This document shows positions 8,631 to 18,770 of a DNA stretch of 64,000 bases, piece by piece. Each line of letters begins with the position of its first letter. The first letter of the stretch is position 1. The DNA is from an uncultured Acidobacteriota bacterium. Lineage in GTDB: Bacteria; Acidobacteriota; JAQAZP01. The notes beneath the pieces are model-generated. The model made no database searches, was not told where the DNA came from, and saw nothing but the letters and a program-made list of their open reading frames with translations. The translations under genes and the position numbers were made by a program. Where the stretch lies: positions 1,856,001-1,920,000 of the forward strand of contig CAWIIB010000009.1 in NCBI GenBank assembly GCA_963836075.1. Direction: 5' to 3'.

Positions 8631-10091
8631 TCAATAATTCGTATGTGCCCCGTCTCCGCCCCGGCCGCGAACGGCCCTGAAAGCGGCGATGGCGCTCAAC
8701 CGGGCGGCGGCGTGGTCCACCACCGGTTCCGGGTAGTCGATGTGCCGCCGTTCGGTCGCCGGCAGCAACGAGGGATCGTGAATCGCCGGGCCGGTGATGC
8801 CCTGCAACTCCGGCAACTGGCTGCGGATGAACACGCCATCGGGGTCGACTTTTCGGCTCTGGCTCGTGGGATTGAATATCCGGAAGTAGGGCGCCGCATC
8901 GGTGCCGGTTGACGCCGACCACTGCCAGCCGCCGTTATTGCTCGCCAGGTCGCCGTCGATCAGCTGCCGCATGAAGTGACGCTCCCCGCGGCGCCAGTCG
9001 ATGAAGAGGTCCTTGGTCAGGAACATGGCCGTGATCATTCGCAGCCGATTGTGCATCCAGCCGGTGTCCCGGAGCTGCCGCATCCCGGCGTCGACGATGG
9101 GAAACCCGGTGCGCCCCTCGCGCCAGGCCTCCAGGCCCGACTCGTCCTCACGCCAATCCAGTGTCTCGGTCTCGGTGAGAAATGCGCGGTCCATGCTCAC
9201 CCGGGGGAAGCCGACCATAACGTGGCGGTAGAACTCGCGCCAGGCCAGTTCGCTGATCCAGGTGTCCCCGCCACGGCCGCCCCGCTGGAGCCGGTCCCGG
9301 TTCTCCCCCAGGGCCGCCCGGAGGCACTGCCGAACCGAGACCGCCCCGACGGTGAGGTAGGGCGAGAGCCGGCTCGTCCCATCCAGGGCCGGCCGGTCCC
9401 GCAGGTCATGGTAGTCGGCCAGCTGCTGCTCAGCGAATCTTTCCAGACGTTGAACGGCTGCGTCCTCCCCGGCAGGCCAGAGCCCAGAGCGATGGGCCGA
9501 GGTCTCGAAACCGGGTACGGACAGTGGTATGGGGTCGGGGGGCGCCGCCAGTTCCGGCATCCGCCGGGGCGTGCCTGACGGATCCGGAATCCCCTTTTCT
9601 TTCAGCCGGCGGTAAAGCGCCTTTCTGAAAGGTGTAAACACCCTGTAAAAAGCACCGGCCCCGGTTCGCAGTTTGCCAGGCTCCACCAGCACCTGGTCGG
9701 TGAAAGCACGGGCCGTGAAGCCCTCCCCGGAAAAGAGGCGCACGGCTTCGGTATCCCGACGGGACTCGTTGACTTCGTATTCACGGTTGAAAAAGAGGGC
9801 ATCACAGCCGAATTCCCGGGCTGTTTCCAGCAGCAGGGCGGGCACGCCGCCGAATCGCCCGGTGTTGCGGATCAGCAACGGTATATTCAGGCTGCGCAGC
9901 TGTTCGCTCAATAGCTCGAGGGTTCTCAGCATGAACGAGACCTTCACCGGCCCCCAATGGTGTTCCGCCCACTGGCCGGGAGTGATCACGAACAGGGCAA
10001 CCGCCCCCCTGTCGGCTTCCAGGCAGGCCTGGTGAACCGCAGGGTTGTCGGTGGTGCGGAGGTCTGATCTGAACCAGATGAGCGGTCTCAT
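8631..10091 (-). CDS. phrB: deoxyribodipyrimidine photolyase (class I CPD)
   Basis: LIWFRSDLRTTDNPA, TSRLSPYL, WREFY, GWMHNRLRM, NNGGWQWSASTGTDAAPYFRIFNP. Confidence 0.95.
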   Translation of the reverse strand: MRPLIWFRSDLRTTDNPAVHQACLEADRGAVALFVITPGQWAEHHWGPVKVSFMLRTLELLSEQLRSLNIPLLIRNTGRFGGVPALLLETAREFGCDALFFNREYEVNESRRDTEAVRLFSGEGFTARAFTDQVLVEPGKLRTGAGAFYRVFTPFRKALYRRLKEKGIPDPSGTPRRMPELAAPPDPIPLSVPGFETSAHRSGLWPAGEDAAVQRLERFAEQQLADYHDLRDRPALDGTSRLSPYLTVGAVSVRQCLRAALGENRDRLQRGGRGGDTWISELAWREFYRHVMVGFPRVSMDRAFLTETETLDWREDESGLEAWREGRTGFPIVDAGMRQLRDTGWMHNRLRMITAMFLTKDLFIDWRRGERHFMRQLIDGDLASNNGGWQWSASTGTDAAPYFRIFNPTSQSRKVDPDGVFIRSQLPELQGITGPAIHDPSLLPATERRHIDYPEPVVDHAAARLSAIAAFRAVRGRGGDGAHTNY

Positions 10092-10146
10092 CGAAATGCC
10101 CCTATTGAGGTCTGGCCCGGATGGCCAGTCCATTTGCCTTGCCTGA

Positions 10147-10188
10147 TGTCTATTAATTTATACATCAATAATAGACAAAAAGTCAACA
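10147..10188 (-). promoter_or_regulatory. phrB-carH promoter with TnnACA repeats
   Basis: AT-rich; TGTCTA 10147, TATACA 10159, TAGACA 10172, TCAACA 10183 (last two 11 bp apart); minus TTGACT -35-like. Confidence 0.6.
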
Positions 10189-10312
10189 TTTCATGGGTGG
10201 CAGAGGAAGCCTTGCGGTTTATTATCGAATAATTTTCTTGTCACAATTGAAATGGGCCGGAGTGCCATGGGCCCTGATTCTGCTGGTTGGGGTGATGCTG
10301 CACATCGAGTGA

Positions 10313-11244
10313 TCAGTCGAGGTCTTCGGGCAGGCATTCCATGGTGACGAAGCGGTCCTCGGGCCAGCGGAGCACCACCAGCATCCGGCCGGCGTGCGAG
10401 CCGTAGTCGAGGCAGGCCGCCCGGTGGTGGGGGGGATCCAGCCCGGATCGGCCGGGGTGGACCCGTCGCGGCTGTCGGTCCAGGGGAACTTGTAGTGACC
10501 GAAGAGGATTTTCGGCTCCCCGTCGTATGACGCCCACCAGGCCACTCTCTCCTTGTAGCGGATTTTCCCCCGGTGGTCCGGGCGAGGCTCGCAGGGCACC
10601 TCAGCACCCTTGATGCACTGCTCGATGGCAACGAAGTACGGGTCGGCAGCGTGCTTCAGACCGTCTTCCAGGGCCGGGTCGTGGTTGTCAGCCCACTCCC
10701 GGTTTTCCGGGGGTGTGGTGGAGGTGCGGTAGAGTTTCTCCGGTGTGTCAATGAACAGCGGCAGGTCGTCGATGAAGTCCGCGTCCCAGCAGGCGTGGAT
10801 CACCCGCAGCTTCCCGCCGTCAAGTTCCAGACGGGTGGGGATCTGTTCGATGAACCGCCGGGCCCGCTCCCAGCGTGAGCGGTCGGCTTCGATCTGGGCC
10901 AGGGTGGAGGCAAACTGTTTGGTGTTGTCCGGCGACCGCCGGCGCAGCGGCGGGTCGGCCATGTAGTGCAGCGCGTTCAGTTCGTGGTTGCCCATCACCG
11001 CCGCTGCGCAGCCGTCACCGGCCATCTCCTCGATCAGTTCCAGGCAGTCCAGCGGGTTCCGGCCATCGTCCAGCATGTCGCCCACCGAGACCAGCTGTCG
11101 ACCCTCGGGGTGCTGCCAGCGGCCATCCTCCTTCACGTAGCCCAGACGTTCCACCAGTCCCTGCAGGGTGGCGATCCGCCCGTGGACGTCACCGACGATG
11201 TCATACCGTTCGCTCATTCTGCGCTCAATGATGATCGGTTCCAT
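10313..11244 (-). CDS. metallophosphoesterase (ApaH/PrpE-like), frameshift in G-run near 10430
   Basis: GDVHG, VGD, GNHE, FGHY motifs; C-term AACLDYG continues in ORF 10313-10537. Confidence 0.8.
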
Positions 11245-11259
11245 TTACCGAAGCTATTT

Positions 11260-11787
11260 TCATATCACAATTGCGCGGTGATTCCCACGGTTTACCGGGG
11301 TTTCACTGGTGGGGGATTCAGCGGTGCGGTGCCCGAACAGGGCGGTCAGTGCATTACGCCGATAGTCGAAGATCTGCCGCAGCTGGCGGTGCACCATCAG
11401 TGCGTGGGCGGCACGGCCCAGAGGTCCGAAAGGCAGAGCGTAATGAATCAGGTCGACGGTCCGCACACCGCCCGCCGTTTCCTCGAAACGGTGTTGATGA
11501 TGCCAGAAGCGGTAGGGGCCGAAGCGCTGCTCATCGATGAAGAAATGCGGCCGTTGCGCCTGGGTTATCTCGGTGACCCATTCCAGCGAGATCAGCGGCA
11601 GCGGCTTGATGCGGTAGGTGATGATCATTCCGGCATGGATTTCCGAAGCGCTGTCCGGCGAGGTCATTCGGAATCCCAGCGAAGGCGGCGTGATCTGTCC
11701 CAGGTTGCGCGGGTCGGAAAAGAAACGCCAGGCCTGGTCCAGGTCGATGGGCAGGTCCTGCGTTTTCTGCATACGATAGATCTTCAT
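11260..11787 (-). CDS. SRPBCC family protein
   Basis: AWRFFSDPRNLGQITPP, FIDEQRFGPYRFWHHQH, IFDYR. Confidence 0.9.
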   Translation of the reverse strand: MKIYRMQKTQDLPIDLDQAWRFFSDPRNLGQITPPSLGFRMTSPDSASEIHAGMIITYRIKPLPLISLEWVTEITQAQRPHFFIDEQRFGPYRFWHHQHRFEETAGGVRTVDLIHYALPFGPLGRAAHALMVHRQLRQIFDYRRNALTALFGHRTAESPTSETPVNRGNHRAIVI

Positions 11788-11802
11788 GATTCAACCTGAA
11801 TG

Positions 11803-11839
11803 AAAATAGCCGGGGCCGGGGCATCGCCCCGACCCCGGC
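11803..11839 (-). terminator. intrinsic terminator after fasciclin gene
   Basis: Minus GCCGGGGTCGGGGC-gat-GCCCCGGCCCCGGC followed by TATTTT. Confidence 0.6.
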
Positions 11840-11869
11840 GCAAGCCGGCGTAGCGCCGCGTTCAGGCGC

Positions 11870-12376
11870 TTACTTGGGCAGGACGACGCTGTCGATAACG
11901 TGGATCACTCCGTTGGAGCAGCTGATGTCTGTGGTGACCACTTTCGCACTGTCCACCATAACGTTTTTGCCGTCGAGGCTGATGGAAAGACTCTGGCCGT
12001 TCACGGTGGCCGCCGAGTCGAGTTTGACCACGTCACTGGCCATCACGTTGCCCGGAACCACGTGGTAGGTCAGGATCGCCTGCAGCTGGGCCTTGTTCTC
12101 GGGCTTGAGCAGCGATTCCACGGTGCCGGCGGGCAGTTTGGCAAAGGCCTCGTCAGTGGGGGCGAAGACGGTGAACGGGCCGTCGCCCTTGAGGACGTCG
12201 CCAAGGTCGGCGGCGGTGACCGCGGCCACCAGGGTGTTGAAAGTGCCGGCGGCCACGGCGGTGTCCACGATGTCGCTCTGATGCTTGGCGCCGCAGTCGG
12301 CCATTACCGGCTGGATCGAAACGAGCGTTAGAACGGTCACGGCCAGGGCGCTGATGATGGTGCTTTTGAGCTTCAT
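11870..12376 (-). CDS. secreted fasciclin (FAS1) domain protein
   Basis: Signal peptide; [38 protein letters not shown]. Confidence 0.95.
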   Translation of the reverse strand: MKLKSTIISALAVTVLTLVSIQPVMADCGAKHQSDIVDTAVAAGTFNTLVAAVTAADLGDVLKGDGPFTVFAPTDEAFAKLPAGTVESLLKPENKAQLQAILTYHVVPGNVMASDVVKLDSAATVNGQSLSISLDGKNVMVDSAKVVTTDISCSNGVIHVIDSVVLPK

Positions 12377-12511
12377 TTTTATATCTCCTCTATTCTGTTT
12401 TTTACCGGAGCGTTTCTTCTTCCTCCGGCGGCTGAGTTTCTGTGGACCCGACTGCATGGTTTTACCGGTTGTCCTGCCCGATGCACCGCCGGATCTCTTG
12501 CTTGCGGGTAT

Positions 12512-12566
12512 AATATACAAGATCTGTCCATTGCGTGTCAAGCTAAAATCTAAAAAACATTAGACA
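12512..12566 (-). promoter_or_regulatory. fasciclin promoter with 11-bp-phased TnnACA-like repeats
   Basis: Minus TTGACA (12541-36), TGGACA (12530-25), TGTATA (12519-14); shares AAAATCTAAAAAAC block with the 5133 promoter. Confidence 0.7.
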
Positions 12567-12755
12567 CTTGTAGCTATTGCAAATATTGGCCTTAATTGAA
12601 TTCTTCCAGTCCTCTGGCCCTTTTTCAGGCATATTTCGCACAAGATTGGCGGTGCAGGCCGGCATTGATCAAGGCTCTTTCGGCGATTCCGGACGCCGGT
12701 TGGGTGTATACTATCCGGGTCCATTTCATGACGATCAACGAACCGCGAGGTGATC

Positions 12756-13727
12756 ATGTCAGCACCGAGCCGCTCCCTCTCTCTGGCCCTCGCCCTCCTC
12801 TCGCTCGGTATCTCCGCCACCGGATGCCTGCGTTCGCTTCCTGCTCGAAAGTATCCCGGCCCGGGGACATACAAGCAGAAAATGGACCTCAAGGTCGACC
12901 ACTTCCACCGCAGCTACCTGGTGCACCTGCCTCCAGACTCCACGGCGAGCGAACCGCTGCCGCTGGTGGTGGTGATCCACGGCGCCTTTGATTCGGGAAA
13001 GAAGATGGAGAAGCTCACCGGGTTCAGCCGCATCGCCGACCGCGAGGGTTTCATGGTTCTTTATCCCAACGGCATGGGCCTGTTCAGCCTCTTCCGTCAC
13101 TGGAACTCCGGCCACTGCTGCGGCCGGGCCCAGGCCCTCGGCGTGGACGATCCCGCCTTTCTGGAGACCGTGATCGGTGAGGTCCGTGAGCGGTTCACCG
13201 TCGATCCGGCGCGGATCTACATCGTCGGCAATTCCAACGGCGGCATGCTGACCCACCAGATGGCGGCCCGGGATTCCGATCTCTTCGCCGCGGCCGCCGT
13301 GGTCTCGGGCACCATCGGCGGCCGGCCCACCGCCGCCGAAGACGTCTGGCAGATCCCCCGTCCGGAGCAGCCGGTGCCGATGATGCTCTTCCACGGCCGG
13401 ACCGATGACATCATCCCCTTCGAAGGCGGGGATGACCGCCGGAGCAAGGAGGGCCGCACCTATCTGTCTGTGGACCAATCGGCCCGCTTCTGGGCCGCGG
13501 CCAACGGTGCGGCACCCGAGCCGGAGGAGGCGGCGCTCTACGACGGTCGTGTCGTTTTCAGCCGTTGGGGCGGAGAGGATGCGGCGCCGGTTGTGCTCTA
13601 TTCCATCGGTGAGTGGGGTCATGTCTGGCCCGGGAACGCCACCATCAAAAGCGGGAAGGACCCGGACCTGGCCGGGTTCGATGCCGCCGAACTGATCTGG
13701 GAATTTTTCAAGACGCAGTCGAGATAG
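12756..13727 (+). CDS. lipoprotein alpha/beta hydrolase (PHB depolymerase/LpqP-like esterase)
   Basis: Lipobox ATGC; PLVVVIHG, GNSNGG, FHGRTD, GHVWPG. Confidence 0.85.
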   Translation: MSAPSRSLSLALALLSLGISATGCLRSLPARKYPGPGTYKQKMDLKVDHFHRSYLVHLPPDSTASEPLPLVVVIHGAFDSGKKMEKLTGFSRIADREGFMVLYPNGMGLFSLFRHWNSGHCCGRAQALGVDDPAFLETVIGEVRERFTVDPARIYIVGNSNGGMLTHQMAARDSDLFAAAAVVSGTIGGRPTAAEDVWQIPRPEQPVPMMLFHGRTDDIIPFEGGDDRRSKEGRTYLSVDQSARFWAAANGAAPEPEEAALYDGRVVFSRWGGEDAAPVVLYSIGEWGHVWPGNATIKSGKDPDLAGFDAAELIWEFFKTQSR

Positions 13728-13793
13728 AATTCGAAAGAATGTGCAACACGGCGGAATGGGTCGACCCGATCCACCCCGCCCTTACCCGAGGAT

Positions 13794-14747
13794 ATGATCG
13801 TGGACCAGATACGGATCGGCATCAGCAGTTGCCTGCTCGGTGAGGAAGTACGATACGACGGCCAGCACAAGCTCGACCGGTTCTGCCGCGACATCCTCGG
13901 GGAATACGTGGAGTATGTCCCGGTCTGTCCGGAGGTGGAGTGCGGCATGCCCATCCCCCGGGAATCGATGCACCTCGAGGGGGATCCCGAGGCGCCGCGG
14001 CTGATCACCACCAGGACCCGCAGGGACCTCACCGACCAGATGATGACCTGGGCCAACCGGCGGGTCAGGGAACTGGAAAAGGAAGAACTCTGCGGGTTCA
14101 TCTTCAAGAGCCGTTCGCCCAGCAGCGGCATGGAGCGGGTCAAGATTTACGACAGCAACAAGATCCCGAAGAACTCCGGCTCGGGGCTGTTCGCCGGCGC
14201 TTTCATGAAGCACTTCCCACTGCTGCCGGTGGAGGAGGAGGGCCGGCTGCACGATGCGGTGCTGCGGGAGAACTTCATCGAGCGGATCTTTATCTTCCGG
14301 CGCTGGCAGGAGATGACCACCGGCCGGCTCAAGCGTGGCGACCTGGTGGACTTCCACTCGCGGCACAAGTTGGCCATCATGTCCCACAGCCCGAAGCACC
14401 TCAAGCAACTGGGCCCACTGGTGGCCGCGGCCAGGTCCATGCCGCCGAAGGAGCTGTTCGCCGAGTACCAGGCGATACTCCAGGAAGGCCTGAAGCTGCG
14501 GGCCACGGTGCGCAAGAACACCAACGTGCTGCAGCACATGATGGGCTATTTCAAAAAGGTGCTCTCCCGGGACGAGAAGGCCGAACTGCTGGAAGTGATC
14601 GAGCGCTATCACTCGGAGTTGGTGCCGCTGATCGTCCCGCTGACCCTCTTCAACCACTACGTGCGCAAGTTCGAGGTGCCCTACCTTCAGATGCAGACCT
14701 ACCTCAACCCGCACCCCATCGAGCTGAAGCTGCGCAACCACGCCTGA
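13794..14747 (+). CDS. DUF523 + DUF1722 protein (YbgA/TudS-like)
   Basis: GISSCLLGEEVRYDG, VCPEVECG, KSRSPSSG, EEEGRL, FHSRHK, NVLQHMMGYFK. Confidence 0.9.
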   Translation: MIVDQIRIGISSCLLGEEVRYDGQHKLDRFCRDILGEYVEYVPVCPEVECGMPIPRESMHLEGDPEAPRLITTRTRRDLTDQMMTWANRRVRELEKEELCGFIFKSRSPSSGMERVKIYDSNKIPKNSGSGLFAGAFMKHFPLLPVEEEGRLHDAVLRENFIERIFIFRRWQEMTTGRLKRGDLVDFHSRHKLAIMSHSPKHLKQLGPLVAAARSMPPKELFAEYQAILQEGLKLRATVRKNTNVLQHMMGYFKKVLSRDEKAELLEVIERYHSELVPLIVPLTLFNHYVRKFEVPYLQMQTYLNPHPIELKLRNHA

Positions 14748-14791
14748 CGGGCGGTCCCGCGGGTGACGACGACGGAACTCGCTCCGACGCT

Positions 14792-15238
14792 TCAGTTATA
14801 GGAGCGCCGGGTCTTGCCATCGGTCAACGAAGGCTCCAGGACCTCCTTCCACAACGGGTCAGCCCAGGTGTTCATCCTTGTATGAGTGTCGTAATACGTT
14901 TGCGGAATGGGATGTGTGCCATACACCACTTCCAGACCGTGCTTGATCTGAATCAGGTCGTGAAAGTGCTGCAGGTGGGGGCAGGGAGGATAGCCCACCA
15001 GAAAGCCTGTGGCGAGATGGACGATCCCGACGCCGTTCGCTTTCATTTCTTCGATGGCGTATTCGATATTGCCGCCGGGGCAGCCGTCGCAGGTGGTGAA
15101 CCCCGCGACCTCCAGATCCGCACCGACATACCGGCTGAAGGCGCCTTCCCTGGCCCGCAATGCGCGGAAGCATTTGCCTCCGGTACACCGCCGGTAGCGG
15201 TCGCAGATCACGATCCCGATTCGTGTCGTCCCTTCCAT
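14792..15238 (-). CDS. CGGC domain protein
   Basis: IGIVICDRYRRCTGGKC...FTTCDGCPG...GYPPCP...GTH; GGAGG RBS. Confidence 0.85.
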   Translation of the reverse strand: MEGTTRIGIVICDRYRRCTGGKCFRALRAREGAFSRYVGADLEVAGFTTCDGCPGGNIEYAIEEMKANGVGIVHLATGFLVGYPPCPHLQHFHDLIQIKHGLEVVYGTHPIPQTYYDTHTRMNTWADPLWKEVLEPSLTDGKTRRSYN

Positions 15239-15296
15239 GACATCCTCCTCCCCGGCTCTCGTTGACCGGGAGCCCCGCCGTCTCATGCCGGCGCCA

Positions 15297-17267
15297 TCAG
15301 AGCGCCGGCGGTTCCGTCCTCCCTGTTTCAGCCGCCACCAGGGTTCCCTCGGTGGCGTCCCGGCCCTTGAGCGTGTCGTGACAGTTGGCGCAACTGTCCA
15401 GGCCGGCCTTCCCCGTCCGCTGCGCTTCCTCCCGGTGGCAGGGGACGCAGGTGCCGTGCATCGCTTCCTGGAAGCTGCAGGCCCGGCCGAGATCCTTCCC
15501 GCCGGCCAATTCCTCCGGAAGCCGCATGTCCTCCTTGTGGCACTGGTAGCAGTTCTTGGCATTACCGGCGGTCTTCGGCCCGTCCTGGGGGTGGCAGCCG
15601 TCGCAGGAGCGGTTCGCCGGATGCCAGCCGGCCAGCGATTCCTTGCGGGCCACCTCGCTCATGTGGCGATCGTGGTCGAAGATCATGGTGCTGGCCACCA
15701 GGTCGCGGTGGCACCGCGAGCAGGGCGTGGAGTTGTCCCCGGGACAGGAGATGTGGTGACAGCGGACGCAGGACTGCTCCCCGCCCATCCGCTGCTGGTG
15801 CGCGGCGTGGGGGAATTCGGTGCTCACTCCGGCCCGGTTGCCGTCGATGCGCAGGTGGGCCCGGGCGGCGTCGAGGCCCACCGAGGGCTGCACTTCGATC
15901 AGGCCTGAACCGGCGCCGGTGAACGGGGGATAGAGGAAGACCCAGGCCACCGGCAGGGTGAGCACGGCCATGAAGGTCACCCGGTGCAGTGGGCTGGACA
16001 GCGCCGCCTGGCAGACATGGGAGAACTTCTCGAACGAGGCCCGGAACATGCCCCGGGAGACCCGGCCCGCTTTCCACAGATCATCGAAGATGGGCAGGTA
16101 TTCCACGGCGTAGAGAAAGGCCAGACAGCCGCCGGCCACCACACCGATGCTCAGTGCCCACTCGGACAGTGAGGGGATGTAGACCGCCCCTGCCTCTCTG
16201 AAATAGCCGAAGATGCCCACGTCGAGACGGTTGAGCACCAGCCCCGCCGAGGCTGAACCTCCGGCCACGGCCAGCGCGGTGGGCGAGCGGCGGGCGGCCG
16301 GAATGGCCACCAGGATCAGCGGGATGATGGCGGAGAGGGCCATCTCCAGGATGAACAGCCCGCTCTCCCACGAGCCGTTGCCCAATGAGAACAGTTCACC
16401 GTCCCGGGCCAGATCGAACAGTTTGAGCAGCAGGTAGATTCCGAGGATCGAGGCGGCGATGACGGCCAGCCGCTCCAGCATCGGCATCGCCTCGCCCCGG
16501 GGTCCCCGGGGCCGCGGCTGGGCGTCGGCCAGTTTGAGCACACAGGCCGGTGCCCCGCCCTCCGGCTCGGGGCCGAAGACCGGTTCGGGGTTGTAGAACC
16601 AGGCATAGAGGATGCGGACCAGGATCAGGAACATCATTCCCGCCCCCATGGCGGAAATGATGAAGAACAGCGGCAGCATCGGCGAGTACCAGAGCTGGTG
16701 CAGCCGCTGGGGCGAGACGAGGAAGAGCGAACCGAGGGACGAGTGGTGCAGGCTGGAGAGCGAGATGCCCAGCACCACCACACCGAAGGAAATGCCGTGC
16801 AGGAAATGGGCGACCTTGCCCAGGCGCAGGCGCTCCAGAAGCGTTGGCGCCAGCTCGATGGAGGTCACGGTGAAATAGATCATCACGCACCAGAAGACCT
16901 CGAAGAGGAACGAGTGCTCGTTCCACATCAGCAGCGGGTGCCAGAAGCGGTGGGGCAGGCCGATATCGAAAAGCAGGGCGGCGCAGGAAGAACCATAGCC
17001 GAGGAAGGCCACCAGGATCGCCGGCTTGACCAGCGGCCGGAAGCGCTCCATGCGCAGGACGTAGACCAGGAAGCCGACGGTGAAGCCGCTGGTGGAGAGG
17101 GCCACCCCGGCCACCATGTTGGCGATCTTCCACAGCCCCCAGGGCATGGCGTCGCTGAGGTTGGTGGTGGGCCCCAGGCCGTACCACATGCGGAAGGCGC
17201 CGGCCACCAGGCCCCAGAAGGCAAAGAACCAGAGCACGTCCTTCAGTATTCGATTCTTGTTATTCAT
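15297..17267 (-). CDS. NrfD/HybB/HmcC-type membrane subunit fused to hexaheme class III cytochrome c
   Basis: TTNLSDAMPWGLW, DIGLPHRFWHP, SFLFEVFWC, LSSLHHSSLG; six C-terminal CxxCH motifs. Confidence 0.9.
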   Translation of the reverse strand: MNNKNRILKDVLWFFAFWGLVAGAFRMWYGLGPTTNLSDAMPWGLWKIANMVAGVALSTSGFTVGFLVYVLRMERFRPLVKPAILVAFLGYGSSCAALLFDIGLPHRFWHPLLMWNEHSFLFEVFWCVMIYFTVTSIELAPTLLERLRLGKVAHFLHGISFGVVVLGISLSSLHHSSLGSLFLVSPQRLHQLWYSPMLPLFFIISAMGAGMMFLILVRILYAWFYNPEPVFGPEPEGGAPACVLKLADAQPRPRGPRGEAMPMLERLAVIAASILGIYLLLKLFDLARDGELFSLGNGSWESGLFILEMALSAIIPLILVAIPAARRSPTALAVAGGSASAGLVLNRLDVGIFGYFREAGAVYIPSLSEWALSIGVVAGGCLAFLYAVEYLPIFDDLWKAGRVSRGMFRASFEKFSHVCQAALSSPLHRVTFMAVLTLPVAWVFLYPPFTGAGSGLIEVQPSVGLDAARAHLRIDGNRAGVSTEFPHAAHQQRMGGEQSCVRCHHISCPGDNSTPCSRCHRDLVASTMIFDHDRHMSEVARKESLAGWHPANRSCDGCHPQDGPKTAGNAKNCYQCHKEDMRLPEELAGGKDLGRACSFQEAMHGTCVPCHREEAQRTGKAGLDSCANCHDTLKGRDATEGTLVAAETGRTEPPAL

Positions 17268-18057
17268 GGTTTTCGTTTCCCGTTTCGCTCGGTTCGGTCC
17301 TTTCATCTTCAGCCGCCTGTTCGTCGGCAATGGCCATCCTTCGCCTGACGATCCAGTTCACCCCCAGCAGGCCGGCGGCCACGCTGAGCCCGATGTGCGG
17401 GGTCTTGCTGATCAACGGGTGGGTCAGCGAGGGGATGGAGACCGGCGTTGTCTCCGGCCAGCCCAGCCCGCCCAGGTCCACGTCGGAGATGTAGAGCACG
17501 CAGGTGCCGCCGAACTCCTCCTCGCCCCAGACGTGCTGGAGGTAGCCGCCGGGACGGGAGGCCAGACGGTCATGGGCCAGCTTGAGCAGCTCCTCCCGCT
17601 CCCCGAAGACCAGGGCCTTGTTCGGGCAGGCTTCCACGCAGGCCGGCTGCTTGCCCTCTTCCAGACGCCCGGCGCACATGTCGCACTTGCGCATGAAGGG
17701 GATGGTCTCGTCCCATTCGTAGCGCGGCACCGAGAAGGGGCAGGCCAGCATGCAGTAGCGGCAGCCGATGCACTTGTCCGGGTCGTAGATCACCGGCCCG
17801 TCAGGGCTTTTGGTGATTCCGCCCACCAGGCAGGCCTCGACGCAGCTCGGCTCCTGGCAGTGCATGCAGCTCTTCTTGCCGAAGCGGCCGTCGTCCACCT
17901 TGATCACGCTGGTATAGCGGTCGGCCGACAGGCCGTCCGCGGTGGTGGCCCGGTCCGCCTCCGCCTTTATCGCGTCGAGGCCGTTGGTCTCCACGCAGGC
18001 CGCGGCGCAGCGCTCGCAACCAGTGCACTTGGTGACATCGATCAGTATTCCGTGCAT
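17260..18057 (-). CDS. HybA/HmcB-type 4Fe-4S protein
   Basis: CTGCERCAAAC, CMHCQEPSCVEAC, CIGCRYCMLACP, KCDMC...PACVEACP; C-terminal TM. Confidence 0.9.
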   Translation of the reverse strand: MHGILIDVTKCTGCERCAAACVETNGLDAIKAEADRATTADGLSADRYTSVIKVDDGRFGKKSCMHCQEPSCVEACLVGGITKSPDGPVIYDPDKCIGCRYCMLACPFSVPRYEWDETIPFMRKCDMCAGRLEEGKQPACVEACPNKALVFGEREELLKLAHDRLASRPGGYLQHVWGEEEFGGTCVLYISDVDLGGLGWPETTPVSIPSLTHPLISKTPHIGLSVAAGLLGVNWIVRRRMAIADEQAAEDERTEPSETGNENHE

Positions 18058-18755
18058 CAGACACGTGCCTCTTTTCCGAACAACGCTTCCGCGACCTTGT
18101 CGCCTGCCCCGGGACGGAGCTGCCAGTGGACCGCCGAGATGCGGTCAAAGACGAAGAGGACCACGTGGGCGAGTTTGGTGAACGGGACGAGAAGGAACAG
18201 GAGTTCGGCGCTCAGCAGGTGGACCAGCATGGCCAGCTGCCAGGAGACCGGGTTGACCCCGGGGTGGGAGGCCAGGAATCCGGCGACAAAGGGGAGCAGG
18301 ATCACCAGCAGCAGCAGGTAGTCCACCGGCTGGCTCATCGATCGCAGGCGGGGGATGAACAGCCGGCAGCCCAGGAGCAGGATCAGGCAGGTGATGGTGC
18401 CCAGGGTCAGCGCGTCCGCTGCGCTGTGGCCCAGCTGCGGAAGGTTGATCCCCAGCAGCCCCTCCCAGAGCACGATGTGGTCGGCAAGGAAGAGGGGGAC
18501 CAGGATCATGCCGATGTGAGAGAGAAAGGAGACGATAGAAAAAAAGATCGTCCCCTTGATCAGGTGGCGCACCGGGATGATCCAGCTGGCGGCATCGGCG
18601 GCGATCCGCCGCCAGGGAGCGTTCTGCAGCCGCCGGCCCTTGCTGATACCCAGCGAATAGATCTGGATCACCACCTGGCGGGCCAGGCCGAGCACCATGA
18701 CCAGGAAGGTCAGGGCGAAGAGCGGGCCGCGGGCGAATTCAATCCACTGTTCCAT
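18057..18755 (-). CDS. HmcE/NarI/DsrM-like membrane cytochrome b subunit
   Basis: Five TMs; FLSHIG, LADHI, LVHLL, PFTKLAH. Confidence 0.8.
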   Translation of the reverse strand: MEQWIEFARGPLFALTFLVMVLGLARQVVIQIYSLGISKGRRLQNAPWRRIAADAASWIIPVRHLIKGTIFFSIVSFLSHIGMILVPLFLADHIVLWEGLLGINLPQLGHSAADALTLGTITCLILLLGCRLFIPRLRSMSQPVDYLLLLVILLPFVAGFLASHPGVNPVSWQLAMLVHLLSAELLFLLVPFTKLAHVVLFVFDRISAVHWQLRPGAGDKVAEALFGKEARV

Positions 18756-18770
18756 CGTTGTTGCCTTTCC

